DNA from: Candidatus Poribacteria bacterium
Lineage (GTDB): Bacteria > Poribacteria > WGA-4E > WGA-3G
NCBI GenBank assembly: GCA_963663765.2
Contig: CAXXUA010000004.1
Span: 1,129,508 to 1,193,507, forward strand
DNA length: 64,000 nt
Direction of reading: 5' to 3'
Numbering within the stretch: position 1 is the first letter of the stretch; every line of letters starts with the position of its first letter. The translations under genes were made by a program, and so were the position numbers. Below, piece after piece: positions 43,294 to 54,774 of the stretch. The notes below the pieces were generated by a model, which had not been told where the DNA came from, did not search any database, and saw only the letters and a list, made by a program, of their open reading frames with translations.

Positions 43294-46200
43294 ATGTTTT
43301 TACGTTATAACACTAATACATACACAAACTATTCCACGGAGTGTTCCCTCTTGTACCCAAAGTCCGGACATAGATATATTTTTCTGTTTATCCTCACGTG
43401 TTGTTGCCTATTTCTTATCCAACCAGCCCTAACAGCAGATAAAGTTGAAACAGACCCGCCTCAACAAGAAACTACTGATCCGACTAAGGTTGAAAATCCA
43501 TTTAAAAAGAAACCCAAAAAAGATACTTGGCATACAAGTGACCCCAAAAAAGATACAAAAGATGACCCATCAACAGATGAAGAAATAGACACAGAAATCC
43601 CAATACGCCGTCAGATACTGATACCCTACTTAGAAACCCTTAAACGTTGGAGATACCCTCCCAACCTTGGTGACCTGTCGGAACTATACGACTGGAAACC
43701 GCGCCCTAAATCCGAAACAAAAGGAATTGATCTACCAATGGATTCAAACCTGCGCATTACAGGTTATCAATCCGTAACAATTGAAGTCAATAAAACCCAC
43801 TATTTCGGTGAAGGGGATTTAAACCGCTACGGTGGCTACAACTATGGCAGCTATGGAAACTACGGGTCAGGACTTGATCTCGGATTGAATTCCTCTTATG
43901 GATATGAAGATTTCGGCTATAGTAGTGGGTTCGGTAGTGGTGCTGGCAACTACGGATCATCTTATGGAAGCGGTTACAGTAGCTACGGTGGTGTTCCACG
44001 CTCAACCGGTATAAACATCCGACAACAACAGAAAATAGGTTTGCACGGACGGGTAGGGGAACGCACGCATATAGAAGTAGACTACAATGCAGGAGATACT
44101 TATGGCGGCGGATATGGAAGTTCAAGCAGTTTCGGTGGATATGGACTCGGCGGTGCAAAAGAACAAAAAATAAGAGTTTGGTATGAAGGAAAACCAGACA
44201 GTTTCATCAAAACAATTTCTTTCGGTGACATCACTCTTAGCCTACCAAATACACGTTTCTTAAATATCAACCGCAACCTTTTCGGTCTTGAAGGTGTATT
44301 TGAATACAAAAATACACGCATGACACTTTTCGGCTCACGGAGTAGGGGTGTCCGAGAAGTCAGAACATTCCGCGGACAATCGCGCAGAGCAAGTTTTGGC
44401 TACGGTCCGCGCGGCATTCAGATCGCAGATTCAAACTATGTAAAAAATAGATTCTACCTCGTCCATAAAGGTGAAGACAACTTTATACACGATGCATACT
44501 TGCCAATTAAAGCTGGTAGTGTAGAAATCTATATTGATGATAGCGTAGTCGGAAATAACCAAGGCGGGATTCTTACCAGTCAAGGATACTTCAACCCGCA
44601 GTTCCCAGGGCAAGACTACAACATTGACTATCAAACAGGTGAAATTGAATTCCTTTCACCAATCTCCACAAGCTATACAATCATTGTCGCTTATGAATAT
44701 CTGGGCGATGGTGGCGGAACCATCGGTAATCCCGGAAACGTATTCGTAGATGAAAACAATGACGGCACTATTGATGAAGAAGGAGAAGAAATCGGTTATG
44801 TAGTACTAAAAGCAAAGGGGTTTCGCGGCACTGCTGCCGCTCACGTCTACAGTCTCGGAAACAGAAATATCAATCCGCGCGACTTTCAACTGACTATCAT
44901 CCGACAAGGAGAAAGTGAAACCTTTGAGACCGAAACTGGTCCCGTACCATACATCGAAATCTTTGGTTTAGACCAAAACAGAGACGGGATTATTGACCCT
45001 GATTTTATTGACTATGACAGAGGATTACTACGGTTCCCAGATTTAAATCCTTTTCAAATAAACGACCCACAACACCCATTTTACCAATACAGAGATGATC
45101 TCAATAACGATGATATTTACCTCGAATCTCTCCGTAGCACTGACCAAATCTACACTATCGTCGCAGATTATGCATACCAATCAGAGACATACAACGTCGG
45201 TCTGTTTGTAATTCCAAATAGCGAAACCGTACGACTAAACGGTAGACTCCTCACACGAGACACCGATTATATGATGATTTACGAAGTCGGTACCATCCGG
45301 TTTTTCACTGAACTGGATGAATTTGATGAAATCGTCGTGGAATTTGAAAAAACCCCTTTCGGCGGCGGAACACAGCAATCAGTTGTAGGCGTTTGGTTAG
45401 ATTACACACACAAACCTAAACCAAAATCGGAAAAAGAACAGAATCTTGAGGATAGATTCAATCGTTTAGGCGGATTTCAATCTCCACAAACCGGGTTTGA
45501 CAATACTTCAAACATTGACCCTTTTTCTGAAAGATTTTCTAATACTGGAACGCGTTCAGGTAGTAGTCTTGGAAATTTTGGAGTGGGTGGTACTGGCTTC
45601 GGCGGCAGTGGAATCGGTGGAAGTGGATATAGTAGTTTTGGAGGTCTCGGGGGTCGTTCAAGAGCAGGAACGAGTTATTATGGTGGATATGGCGCTGGAA
45701 CTACATATTTCAATCCCGTTTATCAAAAAGGTTTTAACATCTCAACAGGATACATCCTAACAACAGGACAGCAACCCACACAGATACCTAACGTCAACGA
45801 GGTACCCAACCGTTTACAAGCATTTAATATCAACACCAGCTTTGGAAGAGAATTCAACATCGCATGGTTGGTAAACCCATTACCTTTTGTCAACCTTCAT
45901 AGACTCCCGCTCTCAATAGACTTTAGTGGAGAATCCGCTTACTCACATAATAATCCAAATAGCGTTGGCGTGGCTCTGATTGATAGCATGGAAGGCGTGA
46001 AGCAGACCACAACAATTCCAACTATAAAATATAGCTGGAAACCGAGTAGTATCCCTCATGTCACTGAATCACAACAAACGAATTCAACAACACACATCTA
46101 CCCTGTTTTACCGACTCAAGAGAATAGAGTACTCTTTAAAGTTGCACTAAAAGACAAAGAAGAGTCAGAAGCTGTCGGAAACTACATGCGAAATAGAGAC

Positions 46201-49200
46201 GTCCCCGCATCATCAATCCAACCACTTTCGCTTTCAACAGAAGAACGACTAATTATGGAAATCGGCTACGATTTTAATGACGTAATTGAAGAGTGGGGAG
46301 GCTTCTCAAACGGTCTCTCAAAATCAGGTGTAGACTATTCAGAACGCGGTTTTATAGAAATGTGGTTGCGAGTACAAGGTGATGAAGATGTAACCCTATA
46401 CCTCAACATCGGTGCCGTAAATGAAGACACGGACGAAGACCAACGACTTGACAGTGAAGACCTACCCCCAACTTTAGAGGATACAAACGGTGACGGAATC
46501 ATTGATGCACTTGACCTCGACATCGAAAATATACCAAATACTGACCGTGGAAATGGAAGATTGGATAAGGGGGAAGACGAAGGATGGCGATACGATAGTC
46601 CGTTTCAAAACGAATTTTTCGGTGCTGGTAATCAAATCTTAGATAGTGAAGACCTAAACGGCGACGGTGTACTGGATAGTGTTGACGCATACTTTCAAAT
46701 CGCAATCCCGCTCAATGAAATTCCAAATGAATGGATTAAAGGTAAAAACAGCAACGGTTGGACGTTCCTAAACATCCCACTAACTGAGTTTCTACCCGAA
46801 GGTTCACGTTTTCCAAGCCTCGTCTTTGTACAGCATTTCCGTCTATGGCTCATGAAAAACCGACCCGGAAACGTCAAAGGCACTTTCCAATGGGCTTCAA
46901 TAGAAATCGTTGGAAATAGATGGGAACAAGGCGTCGTTACAAAACCTATCTCTGATACTACAACATACCTCGCAAACAGTCAGGTCGTCCAAGATACATT
47001 AGAAAAGTTTATCGTTGGAACAAAGGACAACTTCAGTTATGATGATTATCAAAGTGCATACCTTGAAATTGAAGACAATGAACTCTTCAGAAAACTACAC
47101 CCTTTCACAGCTTCCTCACTCGGTTTTCAAACACAGCAACAACGCGAACAAACACTTAGCTTAGAATACTATCTGTTTCCCGGTTCACACGGCATCACTT
47201 CTAAGCAACTCAAAGGGTTTACGCAAAGCGAAGGACAAGACTTTAGCACACACGATACACTCCGACTCTGGTTGTATGGTGATAAAAGTGATACAACTTT
47301 TGTGCTGCAACTCGCACCTAATGTGCGAACGGGTTACAGAAGTTCCTTTTATAGTACCGACCCATTCCTAAATCAACCGACACAAGAAGATGATGTCAAC
47401 ATCTTTGAAAACCTCACCAATTACTACGAATACACAATACCGATTGACTTTGAAGGTTGGAAACTCATTGAAATTGACCTACGTGACAACAAAAGAAATG
47501 AATATCCAGACCATATTGAAGATCAAAATATTGACACAGATACAACACTCTCTTCACAATCATCACCCATAGAAAATGCACCTGATGGACATCCAGATGG
47601 TTTCGTAGTGCGCGGAACAGGAACAAGCACATCACAACTATCAATTAAAAATATAGGTGGGATCCTACTCGGAATCAGAAACGATACTAACCGAGAAATC
47701 AGTGGGGAACTCTGGGTAAACGAAATACATCTCGGTGATCCGCTTATACGAGCGGGTTGGGCGCGCCGTGGAAATATGTCTGTTTCCCTCGGAAGAATCG
47801 TCCGACTGCGCGGGGGTTACGCAAGCCAAGACAAAGACTTTGAAAGCGGTGCCGGTGAAATCGGACGACAACGCCTATCCTCACGAGGATATAGCACTAC
47901 CAACAACGATTACAATATCAACGCAGATGTAACTATCTTTACATGGCTACCTATCCGATATTCCATACGCGAACAAGAATCTGAAACTGAAGCACTACGA
48001 GGCAGCTACTCCTCGTTTATTAGCGGTAAAAGTGAAACTCATAACAGAGATATATCGGTACAATTCAACAAAAACCCATTGCCAAACCTCGGCTTCGCAT
48101 ATAACTATCAGGATTTTTGGAATGAAAGCCAAGGCACTCAGATTAGCCATCTCTATACCGGTACCTTTCGCTACACACTCGGTTCAAAACTCGGATTCAA
48201 TCTGCAATATCGACACGAAGACATCATCGCACAACCCGAAACAGCAACAGATACCACCACAACTTCTACCTCCTTTTATAGCTACGGATACGGCAGAAAC
48301 CGTGATGAAAAAACAGACAGCGGCTCCATATCTCTCAACATCAGTCCAATCAACGCATTCAGTCTAAATCCAAGCTACGACATTCGCAGAACTCTTGAAA
48401 GACGTAATTCAAACCAATTTTCAACTTCTTCTATTTTCAATAACACTTCCAATTCTAATTCTAACGTTGAAGCTGAAGCCAGTGAAGACATACTCCCAGA
48501 TTTCATCTTAGCTGAACGAGAACACAGAGTTTCCCTTACACCACGTCTAAATCGTGACCTACTCGGTTTACGTCCCACAGTAACAAGCCGTATCAGTTTC
48601 AGAGAAAACTGGTTCACATCACAAAAGGACGCATCACTCAACGGAAATATCAGTCTCGGTTTGAACCTACGCATTCAGAAATGGTTCGGATGGCTATTTA
48701 CTGAACCTGAACCAAAAGACACGCCAAAAGAAGGAACTACCAACACAACAACGCAAACACCGAAACTTGACAAACAGCAATTGGAAAAGCTACGTGAAAT
48801 GGGGATTGACGAAGCAAAAATCCAAGAACTAACTGAAGAACAAACCGATTGGATAAGTCGAGATAAAGCAGAAATGGATAAAAAGCAAATTACCAATCCG
48901 ACATTACAAGGACAAAATACCCCGCAACAACCCAAACAAGAAGGTATCCTGCAACGCACAATCAATACATTTACGATCAACACGAGTGCAAACTTCAACG
49001 CCAGCGAGTTTTTCCGTCAGTTAGACTCTGGTCAGACCTTATTAGACATCTGGGAACTTGATCCAGACGCAGAGGAAAGAAGCAACTCAAATAGAAGCAG
49101 CCGATACGGCATACGCACATCAACTGATCCGCTAAAATGGCTCTCCTTCGGAACAAATGTCAGTTTCTCAGATAGTTTCCGTAAAAGTTATGCTACTACC

Positions 49201-49773
49201 TATACAACACAGGCAGAATCTTATGAAGCTGACATCAAATTAAATTCACAGCAAGCATCAAGTTTCCAACTGCGATATAGTTTCACAAAACGGCAAAATT
49301 CTAACCTTGATGTTACCCTCAGCGACAGTACCGCACACACACCTTCCATCAGTTGGTTACATAAATGGAATGATGAAACACGCACTTCATTAGGCATCCG
49401 CACAACCCTACGCGATCACTTACGAAGTGGTATTGAGAGCAACGCACTCATCATTTCACCTAACTTTAGCATTGACTATCGCTATCACACTGAAGGTGGC
49501 ATCCGCATACCATTCTTCGGTAGAATTCCACTCAAGCACGACCTTGACCTAACCAATACCTTCTCTTTAGCTATGCGAAGAGAGAACTACGGTATCAATA
49601 AAGAGGAACGATCCGAACGTTACGAGACAACCTTACGCGCAGGATACAAACTTAGCCAGCATCTCACTGCAAATCTTCATTTAGGTCTGAGTTATAACCA
49701 CGATCGCGTTGAGGAAGGAAGAGACTACCTCTCCATCGCAAGCGCACTCACGGTGAGAGGCGAATTTCAATAA
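43294..49773 (+). CDS. Large outer-membrane SprA/Sov-like protein (type IX secretion translocon homolog)
   Basis: Signal peptide (true start may be TTG 43351); GDITLSLPNTRF..NRNLFGL, GQDYNIDYQTGEIEF, NSETVRLNGRLLTRDTDYMMIYEVGTIRF, ALIDSMEG, LDSEDLNGDG, GELWVNEI; beta-barrel-like C-terminus ending TVRGEFQ. Confidence 0.75.
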   Translation: MFLRYNTNTYTNYSTECSLLYPKSGHRYIFLFILTCCCLFLIQPALTADKVETDPPQQETTDPTKVENPFKKKPKKDTWHTSDPKKDTKDDPSTDEEIDTEIPIRRQILIPYLETLKRWRYPPNLGDLSELYDWKPRPKSETKGIDLPMDSNLRITGYQSVTIEVNKTHYFGEGDLNRYGGYNYGSYGNYGSGLDLGLNSSYGYEDFGYSSGFGSGAGNYGSSYGSGYSSYGGVPRSTGINIRQQQKIGLHGRVGERTHIEVDYNAGDTYGGGYGSSSSFGGYGLGGAKEQKIRVWYEGKPDSFIKTISFGDITLSLPNTRFLNINRNLFGLEGVFEYKNTRMTLFGSRSRGVREVRTFRGQSRRASFGYGPRGIQIADSNYVKNRFYLVHKGEDNFIHDAYLPIKAGSVEIYIDDSVVGNNQGGILTSQGYFNPQFPGQDYNIDYQTGEIEFLSPISTSYTIIVAYEYLGDGGGTIGNPGNVFVDENNDGTIDEEGEEIGYVVLKAKGFRGTAAAHVYSLGNRNINPRDFQLTIIRQGESETFETETGPVPYIEIFGLDQNRDGIIDPDFIDYDRGLLRFPDLNPFQINDPQHPFYQYRDDLNNDDIYLESLRSTDQIYTIVADYAYQSETYNVGLFVIPNSETVRLNGRLLTRDTDYMMIYEVGTIRFFTELDEFDEIVVEFEKTPFGGGTQQSVVGVWLDYTHKPKPKSEKEQNLEDRFNRLGGFQSPQTGFDNTSNIDPFSERFSNTGTRSGSSLGNFGVGGTGFGGSGIGGSGYSSFGGLGGRSRAGTSYYGGYGAGTTYFNPVYQKGFNISTGYILTTGQQPTQIPNVNEVPNRLQAFNINTSFGREFNIAWLVNPLPFVNLHRLPLSIDFSGESAYSHNNPNSVGVALIDSMEGVKQTTTIPTIKYSWKPSSIPHVTESQQTNSTTHIYPVLPTQENRVLFKVALKDKEESEAVGNYMRNRDVPASSIQPLSLSTEERLIMEIGYDFNDVIEEWGGFSNGLSKSGVDYSERGFIEMWLRVQGDEDVTLYLNIGAVNEDTDEDQRLDSEDLPPTLEDTNGDGIIDALDLDIENIPNTDRGNGRLDKGEDEGWRYDSPFQNEFFGAGNQILDSEDLNGDGVLDSVDAYFQIAIPLNEIPNEWIKGKNSNGWTFLNIPLTEFLPEGSRFPSLVFVQHFRLWLMKNRPGNVKGTFQWASIEIVGNRWEQGVVTKPISDTTTYLANSQVVQDTLEKFIVGTKDNFSYDDYQSAYLEIEDNELFRKLHPFTASSLGFQTQQQREQTLSLEYYLFPGSHGITSKQLKGFTQSEGQDFSTHDTLRLWLYGDKSDTTFVLQLAPNVRTGYRSSFYSTDPFLNQPTQEDDVNIFENLTNYYEYTIPIDFEGWKLIEIDLRDNKRNEYPDHIEDQNIDTDTTLSSQSSPIENAPDGHPDGFVVRGTGTSTSQLSIKNIGGILLGIRNDTNREISGELWVNEIHLGDPLIRAGWARRGNMSVSLGRIVRLRGGYASQDKDFESGAGEIGRQRLSSRGYSTTNNDYNINADVTIFTWLPIRYSIREQESETEALRGSYSSFISGKSETHNRDISVQFNKNPLPNLGFAYNYQDFWNESQGTQISHLYTGTFRYTLGSKLGFNLQYRHEDIIAQPETATDTTTTSTSFYSYGYGRNRDEKTDSGSISLNISPINAFSLNPSYDIRRTLERRNSNQFSTSSIFNNTSNSNSNVEAEASEDILPDFILAEREHRVSLTPRLNRDLLGLRPTVTSRISFRENWFTSQKDASLNGNISLGLNLRIQKWFGWLFTEPEPKDTPKEGTTNTTTQTPKLDKQQLEKLREMGIDEAKIQELTEEQTDWISRDKAEMDKKQITNPTLQGQNTPQQPKQEGILQRTINTFTINTSANFNASEFFRQLDSGQTLLDIWELDPDAEERSNSNRSSRYGIRTSTDPLKWLSFGTNVSFSDSFRKSYATTYTTQAESYEADIKLNSQQASSFQLRYSFTKRQNSNLDVTLSDSTAHTPSISWLHKWNDETRTSLGIRTTLRDHLRSGIESNALIISPNFSIDYRYHTEGGIRIPFFGRIPLKHDLDLTNTFSLAMRRENYGINKEERSERYETTLRAGYKLSQHLTANLHLGLSYNHDRVEEGRDYLSIASALTVRGEFQ

Positions 49774-49787
49774 TACAACAATATCAT

Positions 49788-50300
49788 CAGGACTTATGCA
49801 CCCAACTGCAGGCGGGGAATGCCATACGCGCATTCATACCCGGGGAATGCCTAAATGGCATTCATACCGTTGATTTTTTGATTTGGTGCTTTGTAAGCGC
49901 GCCCCTCAACTGCACACCAATTGCAGGCGTGCTTTGTAAGCGCGCCACCCAACTCCACACCCAACTGCAGGCGTGCTTTTCAAGCGCGCCACCCAACTGC
50001 ACACTAATTGCAGGCGTGCTTTGTCCGCGCGCCCCGTCATCCCCAACTGCACACCAATTGCAGGCATGCTTTGTAAGCGCGCCCCTCAACTGCAGGCGTG
50101 CTTTTCAAGCGCGCCACCCAACTCCACCCAAATTGCAGCCGTGCTTTGTAAGCGCGCCCCTCAACTGCAGGCGTGCTTTGTAAGCGCGCCCCTCAACTGC
50201 AGGCGTGCTTTGTAAGCGCGCTGGAAACCGAAAAAATACTGAAAATTACATCATTTTCATCACAATTCTTGATTAATTCATGAAAACTGCGTAAGTCCTG
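49788..50300. mobile_element. CAGGACTTA(C/T)GCA-family MITE expanded by TGCAGGCGTGCTTTGTAAGCGCGC repeats
   Basis: 13-bp TIR; 5-bp TSD ATCAT. Confidence 0.8.
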
Positions 50301-50313
50301 ATCATAAAACATT

Positions 50314-50808
50314 CTAATGACGTGAAACAGGTATCGTAAAATCAACACGCGTCGGAACACCAGATGATATAGGGAGCCACAAACGTCTTATACCAAAAAG
50401 CCACTTAACCCCCTCAATCTCACTAATAATCTCTCTAAACTCACGATCATTCTCATATTTCGCTGTAATCTCAACATGGTATCCAACCAGGATAACGTCA
50501 TCAAAACGGTACTCACCTTGCGAATTCGTCAGGACAGGTTTGCACTGCTCAGAGGCATTAATTACATCAAAGGAAATCTCAACATTTTCAACTGGCTGCG
50601 GCACACCATCAGCATTTACCATGACAACTGTACCGTAAATCGTTCCTTTATAGTAACCACGCCAGACATCTGCACCAATACCCCACAGGTGAGATACCAA
50701 TATACCCACTAAAAAACCAACAACTGGCAGCCAACGATTATTCAAGATTGGATGAACAGGTTTATGCATTGCCATGGAATTCCTCACACAGATGTAGTAG
50801 ACAAACAC
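50314..50808 (-). CDS. Membrane-anchored protein with carboxypeptidase-regulatory-like beta-sandwich
   Basis: TM helix then GTIYGTVV...VLTNSQGEYRFD; paralog of 55936-56496. Confidence 0.65.
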   Translation of the reverse strand: MFVYYICVRNSMAMHKPVHPILNNRWLPVVGFLVGILVSHLWGIGADVWRGYYKGTIYGTVVMVNADGVPQPVENVEISFDVINASEQCKPVLTNSQGEYRFDDVILVGYHVEITAKYENDREFREIISEIEGVKWLFGIRRLWLPISSGVPTRVDFTIPVSRH

Positions 50809-51183
50809 AAATAACGAATAGTAACCGTATTGGTGAATTCCTAAACTCTATCTGCTATACACACGGATTCGTGACAAAATAGGTTTACGACTGTTGTCCT
50901 ACATTATAGTAGAATCCGAAAATATATTGACACTCCGCGATAGGATCTCACATATCACGTTTGTAGGGGTTGGGTTACCCAACCCCATAAGCGTCAATTT
51001 AAGGATTTTCACCTCTTGTGGGAGGGGTTTTCAACCCCGAATTTATGCGCTTTTCCTCTCAAATCAAGGTTGAAAACCCCTCCCACAAGAAAAATGACAA
51101 CAATATTTTCTTAAATTGACGCCTATGGGGTAAGGTTACCCAACCCCATAGGCGTCAACTTAAGGATTTTCACCTCTTGTGGG

Positions 51184-52839
51184 CTTACTTTTACCCATAA
51201 GTTTGATGTATTGAGTAAACATCTTCTTTTTTGTTGAGTTATGTCTGTTGTTTTGGTAAAGATGGTATAGTTTTCAAGTCAGTTCTAATATTCCTTGCAT
51301 AGCAAAAGCAAATATGTTATGTTCAAAAGTGATATTTACAAAGTCGATAAACATTTATTACGCTTGTGCTATAGGAGTGAATGATGTCTTTACACAATCC
51401 TGAAAACGATCAAGAGTTATCTGCATCTTGGAGCCGTCAAGAGTTTGAAGGTCTTGATTTGGGAGATATGCGTCTCAATGAACGGCTGCTCAGCATTGCG
51501 GAGGCTTTAGAGGCACAACCCGGTTCGGCGATCAACGCTGCGTGTGGCGATTGGGCGTCAGTGAAGCAGCCTATCGTTTAATTGACAATGAAAAAGTCTC
51601 ATCGGAAAAGATATTCAAACCGCATTTTGAAAGAACACTTGAACGGATGTGTAAAAATCGTCGTGTTTTTGCGATACAAGATACGACTTTTCTTAATTAC
51701 ACTGATCACCCAGCAACAGAGGGTTTAGGTTCAATCGGCACCAAGTCTCAACAGATTCAGGGACTTGTCAAACACACGACCCTCATTGTAAGTGATGCGG
51801 GTCTTCCGTTAGGGTGTCTGACAGATAAAGTTTGGGTTCGCGAACCCTCCGTTCAAAGTGCCCCTAAGTTCAGACCGCTCATAGAAAAAGAGAGCTACAA
51901 ATGGATTGAGGCATTATCAGCGTTGCGTTCAGACACATTAGCAGATGTTGAGGTGATTTGTGTGTGTGATCGTGAAGCAGATATTTACGAGTTTTTCGTA
52001 GAGGCAAAAGAACTGCCTTTTGTGATACGCGCGGCTCAGGATCGTGTGGTTGCTGCTGATGTCGGTAAACTGAGTGATTTGGTGAGAAGTCAACCTGTTA
52101 TTGGCGAGATTACGGCACAAGTGCCAGTGCGTGCGTCTCAACCTGCTCGTGAGGCGACCTTGAGTGTCCATTTTACAACAGCGACGCTTCGCCCACCACA
52201 TCGTTCACAAGCATCACGATCACAAGAGTTGCCTGCTGTAGATGTGTATCTTGTATGGGTAGTAGAGAAAAACCCGCCTGAGGGTGCTACGCCCTTGGAA
52301 TGGCTTCTGATAACAAATGTAGAAGTGTCGGACTTCGCCGATGCGGTTGAAAGGATAAGCTGGTATCGCCAACGCTGGCACATTGAAGTTTATTTTAAAG
52401 TGCTCAAATCTGGGATGAAGGCGGAGGCAGTTCGTTTGCAGACCAAAGACCGGCTTGAACGCTATATCGCATTGCTGAGTGTAATTGCGTGGCGACTTTA
52501 CTGGCTGACCCACATCAATCGGCACTCACCGGATGTAGATTGCACGAGCGTGTTGACAGAGATAGAATGGCAAGCACTTTACTGTATAACGCATAAGACC
52601 CAAATTTTACCCGAAAAAATACCGAGAGTGTCTGAAGTCGTTGTCTGGATTGCTAAACTCGGTGGATTTTTAGCACGCAAGTCCGATGGCAATCCAGGGG
52701 TGACTGTAATCTGGCGAGGATGGAAAAGGCTTTCTGATATTGCTGCCACCTATGCTCTCTTTCAAGCGGCTGGACAAAACAATACCAGCTAAACAACCTT
52801 GATAGACACTATAGCTGAAAACTTATGGGTAAAAGAAAG
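51184..52839 (+). mobile_element. IS4-family (IS50/Tn5-like) element inserted in a REP
   Basis: TIR CTT(A/T)CTTTTACCCATAAGTTT; 8-bp direct repeat CTTGTGGG. Confidence 0.88.
51381..52792 (+). pseudogene. IS4-family transposase with a 1-nt frameshift near 51565
   Basis: LDLGDMRLNERL...WASVK continues in another frame as AAYRLIDN; IQDTT, CDREADIYE, WYRQRWHIEVYFKVLKSG, LGGFLARKSDGNPG. Confidence 0.88.
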
Positions 52840-53162
52840 CTTGTGGGAGGGGTTTTCAACCCCGATTACTTAGTGCATTTCCGCTCAAATCGAGGTTGAA
52901 AACCCCTCCCACAAGAAAAATGACAACAATATTTTCTTAAATTGACGCCTATGGGGTAAGGTTACCCAACCCCTATGTGTCAACTTAGCGATTCATATTA
53001 TTGTAGGACGGAAACCTTGAAATCCGGATTTTCTCACTCAAGGTAGACGTGCTTTGTAAGCGCACCCCCCAACTGCACTCCCCTGCAGGCGGGGAATGCC
53101 ATACGCGCATTCATACCGTTGATTTGGTGCTTGTAAGCGCACCCCCCACTCACCCCGCACTC

Positions 53163-53522
53163 CAGGGTTATTTAGTTTTAGGTTTTTTTGATGATTATTT
53201 GCTATAACGTTAATTTTATGTGTTGCCATCTTGTCCAGTTCTTTAGTCCCGTAGGGACGATATGTTTATAGAAAAATGTTATCTACTCCTCTTGAGTTCC
53301 GTAGGAACGGCATAGAAGAATAAACATATCGTCCCTACGGGACTAAAGAACTGGGAAGGGCGCTCGTTTTCTATAAACATATCGTCCCTACGGGACTAAA
53401 GACCGATGTTCAGGTTTCAATAATCTAAAATTGATGTATAAGGTGCAGTTAGGAAACTGCATTTGGGTATTAACTTTCAGTAAATCGAAATAACAGAAAA
53501 CTTTTAAAACTGAATAACCCTG
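53163..53522. mobile_element. CAGGGTTAT-family MITE (360 bp) inserted in another REP array
   Basis: TIRs; perfect 9-bp TSD CCCGCACTC. Confidence 0.9.
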
Positions 53523-53900
53523 CCCGCACTCAACTGCAGGCGTGCTTTGTAAGCGCGCCTCCCACCTGCCCCCCAAATTGCAGGCGGGGAATGCCATACG
53601 CGCATTCATACCGTTGATTTGGTGCTTTGTAAGCGCGCCACCCAACTGCACCCAAATTGCAGGCGGGGAATGCCATACGCGCATTCATACCGTTGATTTG
53701 GTGCTTTGTAAGCGCACCCCTAACTGCAGACGTGCTTTGTAAGCGCGCCGTTGCCAATCCAGTGTTTATCGGCGAACTTACAAGCACGCCTACCGAGATG
53801 GGGTATTTAGCACTTGACTTTTTCTTAAATTGACACCTATGGGTTTGGGTTACCCAACCCCTACGTTCCGTGTCGTATGTGCACATAATTACGAGTTTTA

Positions 53901-54752
53901 CTATAATTTTACTGCAGCTAACCCTTCTGAAAAATAAGAAGCGTAAAAAAATGTCGGTTCAATAACCCACTCACCACTTTTGTCAATATATCCATACTTC
54001 TCATCAATTTTGACCGCCGCAAGTCCTTCATAAAAACCCTTGGCACCATCAAATCGTGGTTCAATAACAAGTGCACCAGATTTGTCGGCAAACCCGTATT
54101 TGCCATTGACTTTGACAGAAACTAATCCATCAGAGAAATAAGGGTAAGACGTTTCAAAATCTAATTCAAGAACTTCCTGACCGGTTTTATCAATAAACAC
54201 ATTTCTACCATCTGTAGTCTTAACATAGGCATACCCTTCAGAAAAGTCAAATGTCTCATTAAATTGTGGTTTGATGATTATTTCACCGGTTGTATCAACA
54301 TATCCACCATATCCTTCTTCTTTTTCATCCCAGACTTCAATTCGGCAAAAACCTTCTGAAAAACAAAAAGACATCGGTTCATCGCGTTTCATGAACACCC
54401 ACTCACCCGCCGTATTGATAAAACCTTTGGTTGTTTCGGTCTGAACAGCGGCAAGACCATTGAAAAAACCACCAGCTTCACGAAAAGATAACGGAATGGT
54501 TATCTTTCCGGACTTATCAATATAGCCACACTTACTATCCTTAAAACATATTGGGGCTAATCCATCATAAAAACTGAATGCCCAATGATACTGAAGTGGA
54601 ATGGCAAATTTTCCTTGTTTGTCAATGAATCCATATACCCCATCAACCTCAACAGCTGCCAATCCTTCAGAAAAACCGAAGCCATAATCAAACTGCGGTG
54701 AAATAACAATGCTGCCACTTTTGTCAATATAACCGAATTTTGTCATTTTCAA
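53901..54752 (-). CDS. WG-repeat (KWG) protein, copy 2
   Basis: Repeated YGYIDKSG..VI.P.F....FSEGLAAV. Confidence 0.92.
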   Translation of the reverse strand: MKMTKFGYIDKSGSIVISPQFDYGFGFSEGLAAVEVDGVYGFIDKQGKFAIPLQYHWAFSFYDGLAPICFKDSKCGYIDKSGKITIPLSFREAGGFFNGLAAVQTETTKGFINTAGEWVFMKRDEPMSFCFSEGFCRIEVWDEKEEGYGGYVDTTGEIIIKPQFNETFDFSEGYAYVKTTDGRNVFIDKTGQEVLELDFETSYPYFSDGLVSVKVNGKYGFADKSGALVIEPRFDGAKGFYEGLAAVKIDEKYGYIDKSGEWVIEPTFFYASYFSEGLAAVKL

Positions 54753-54774
54753 TATGCCCTTAGATTTGGATACA

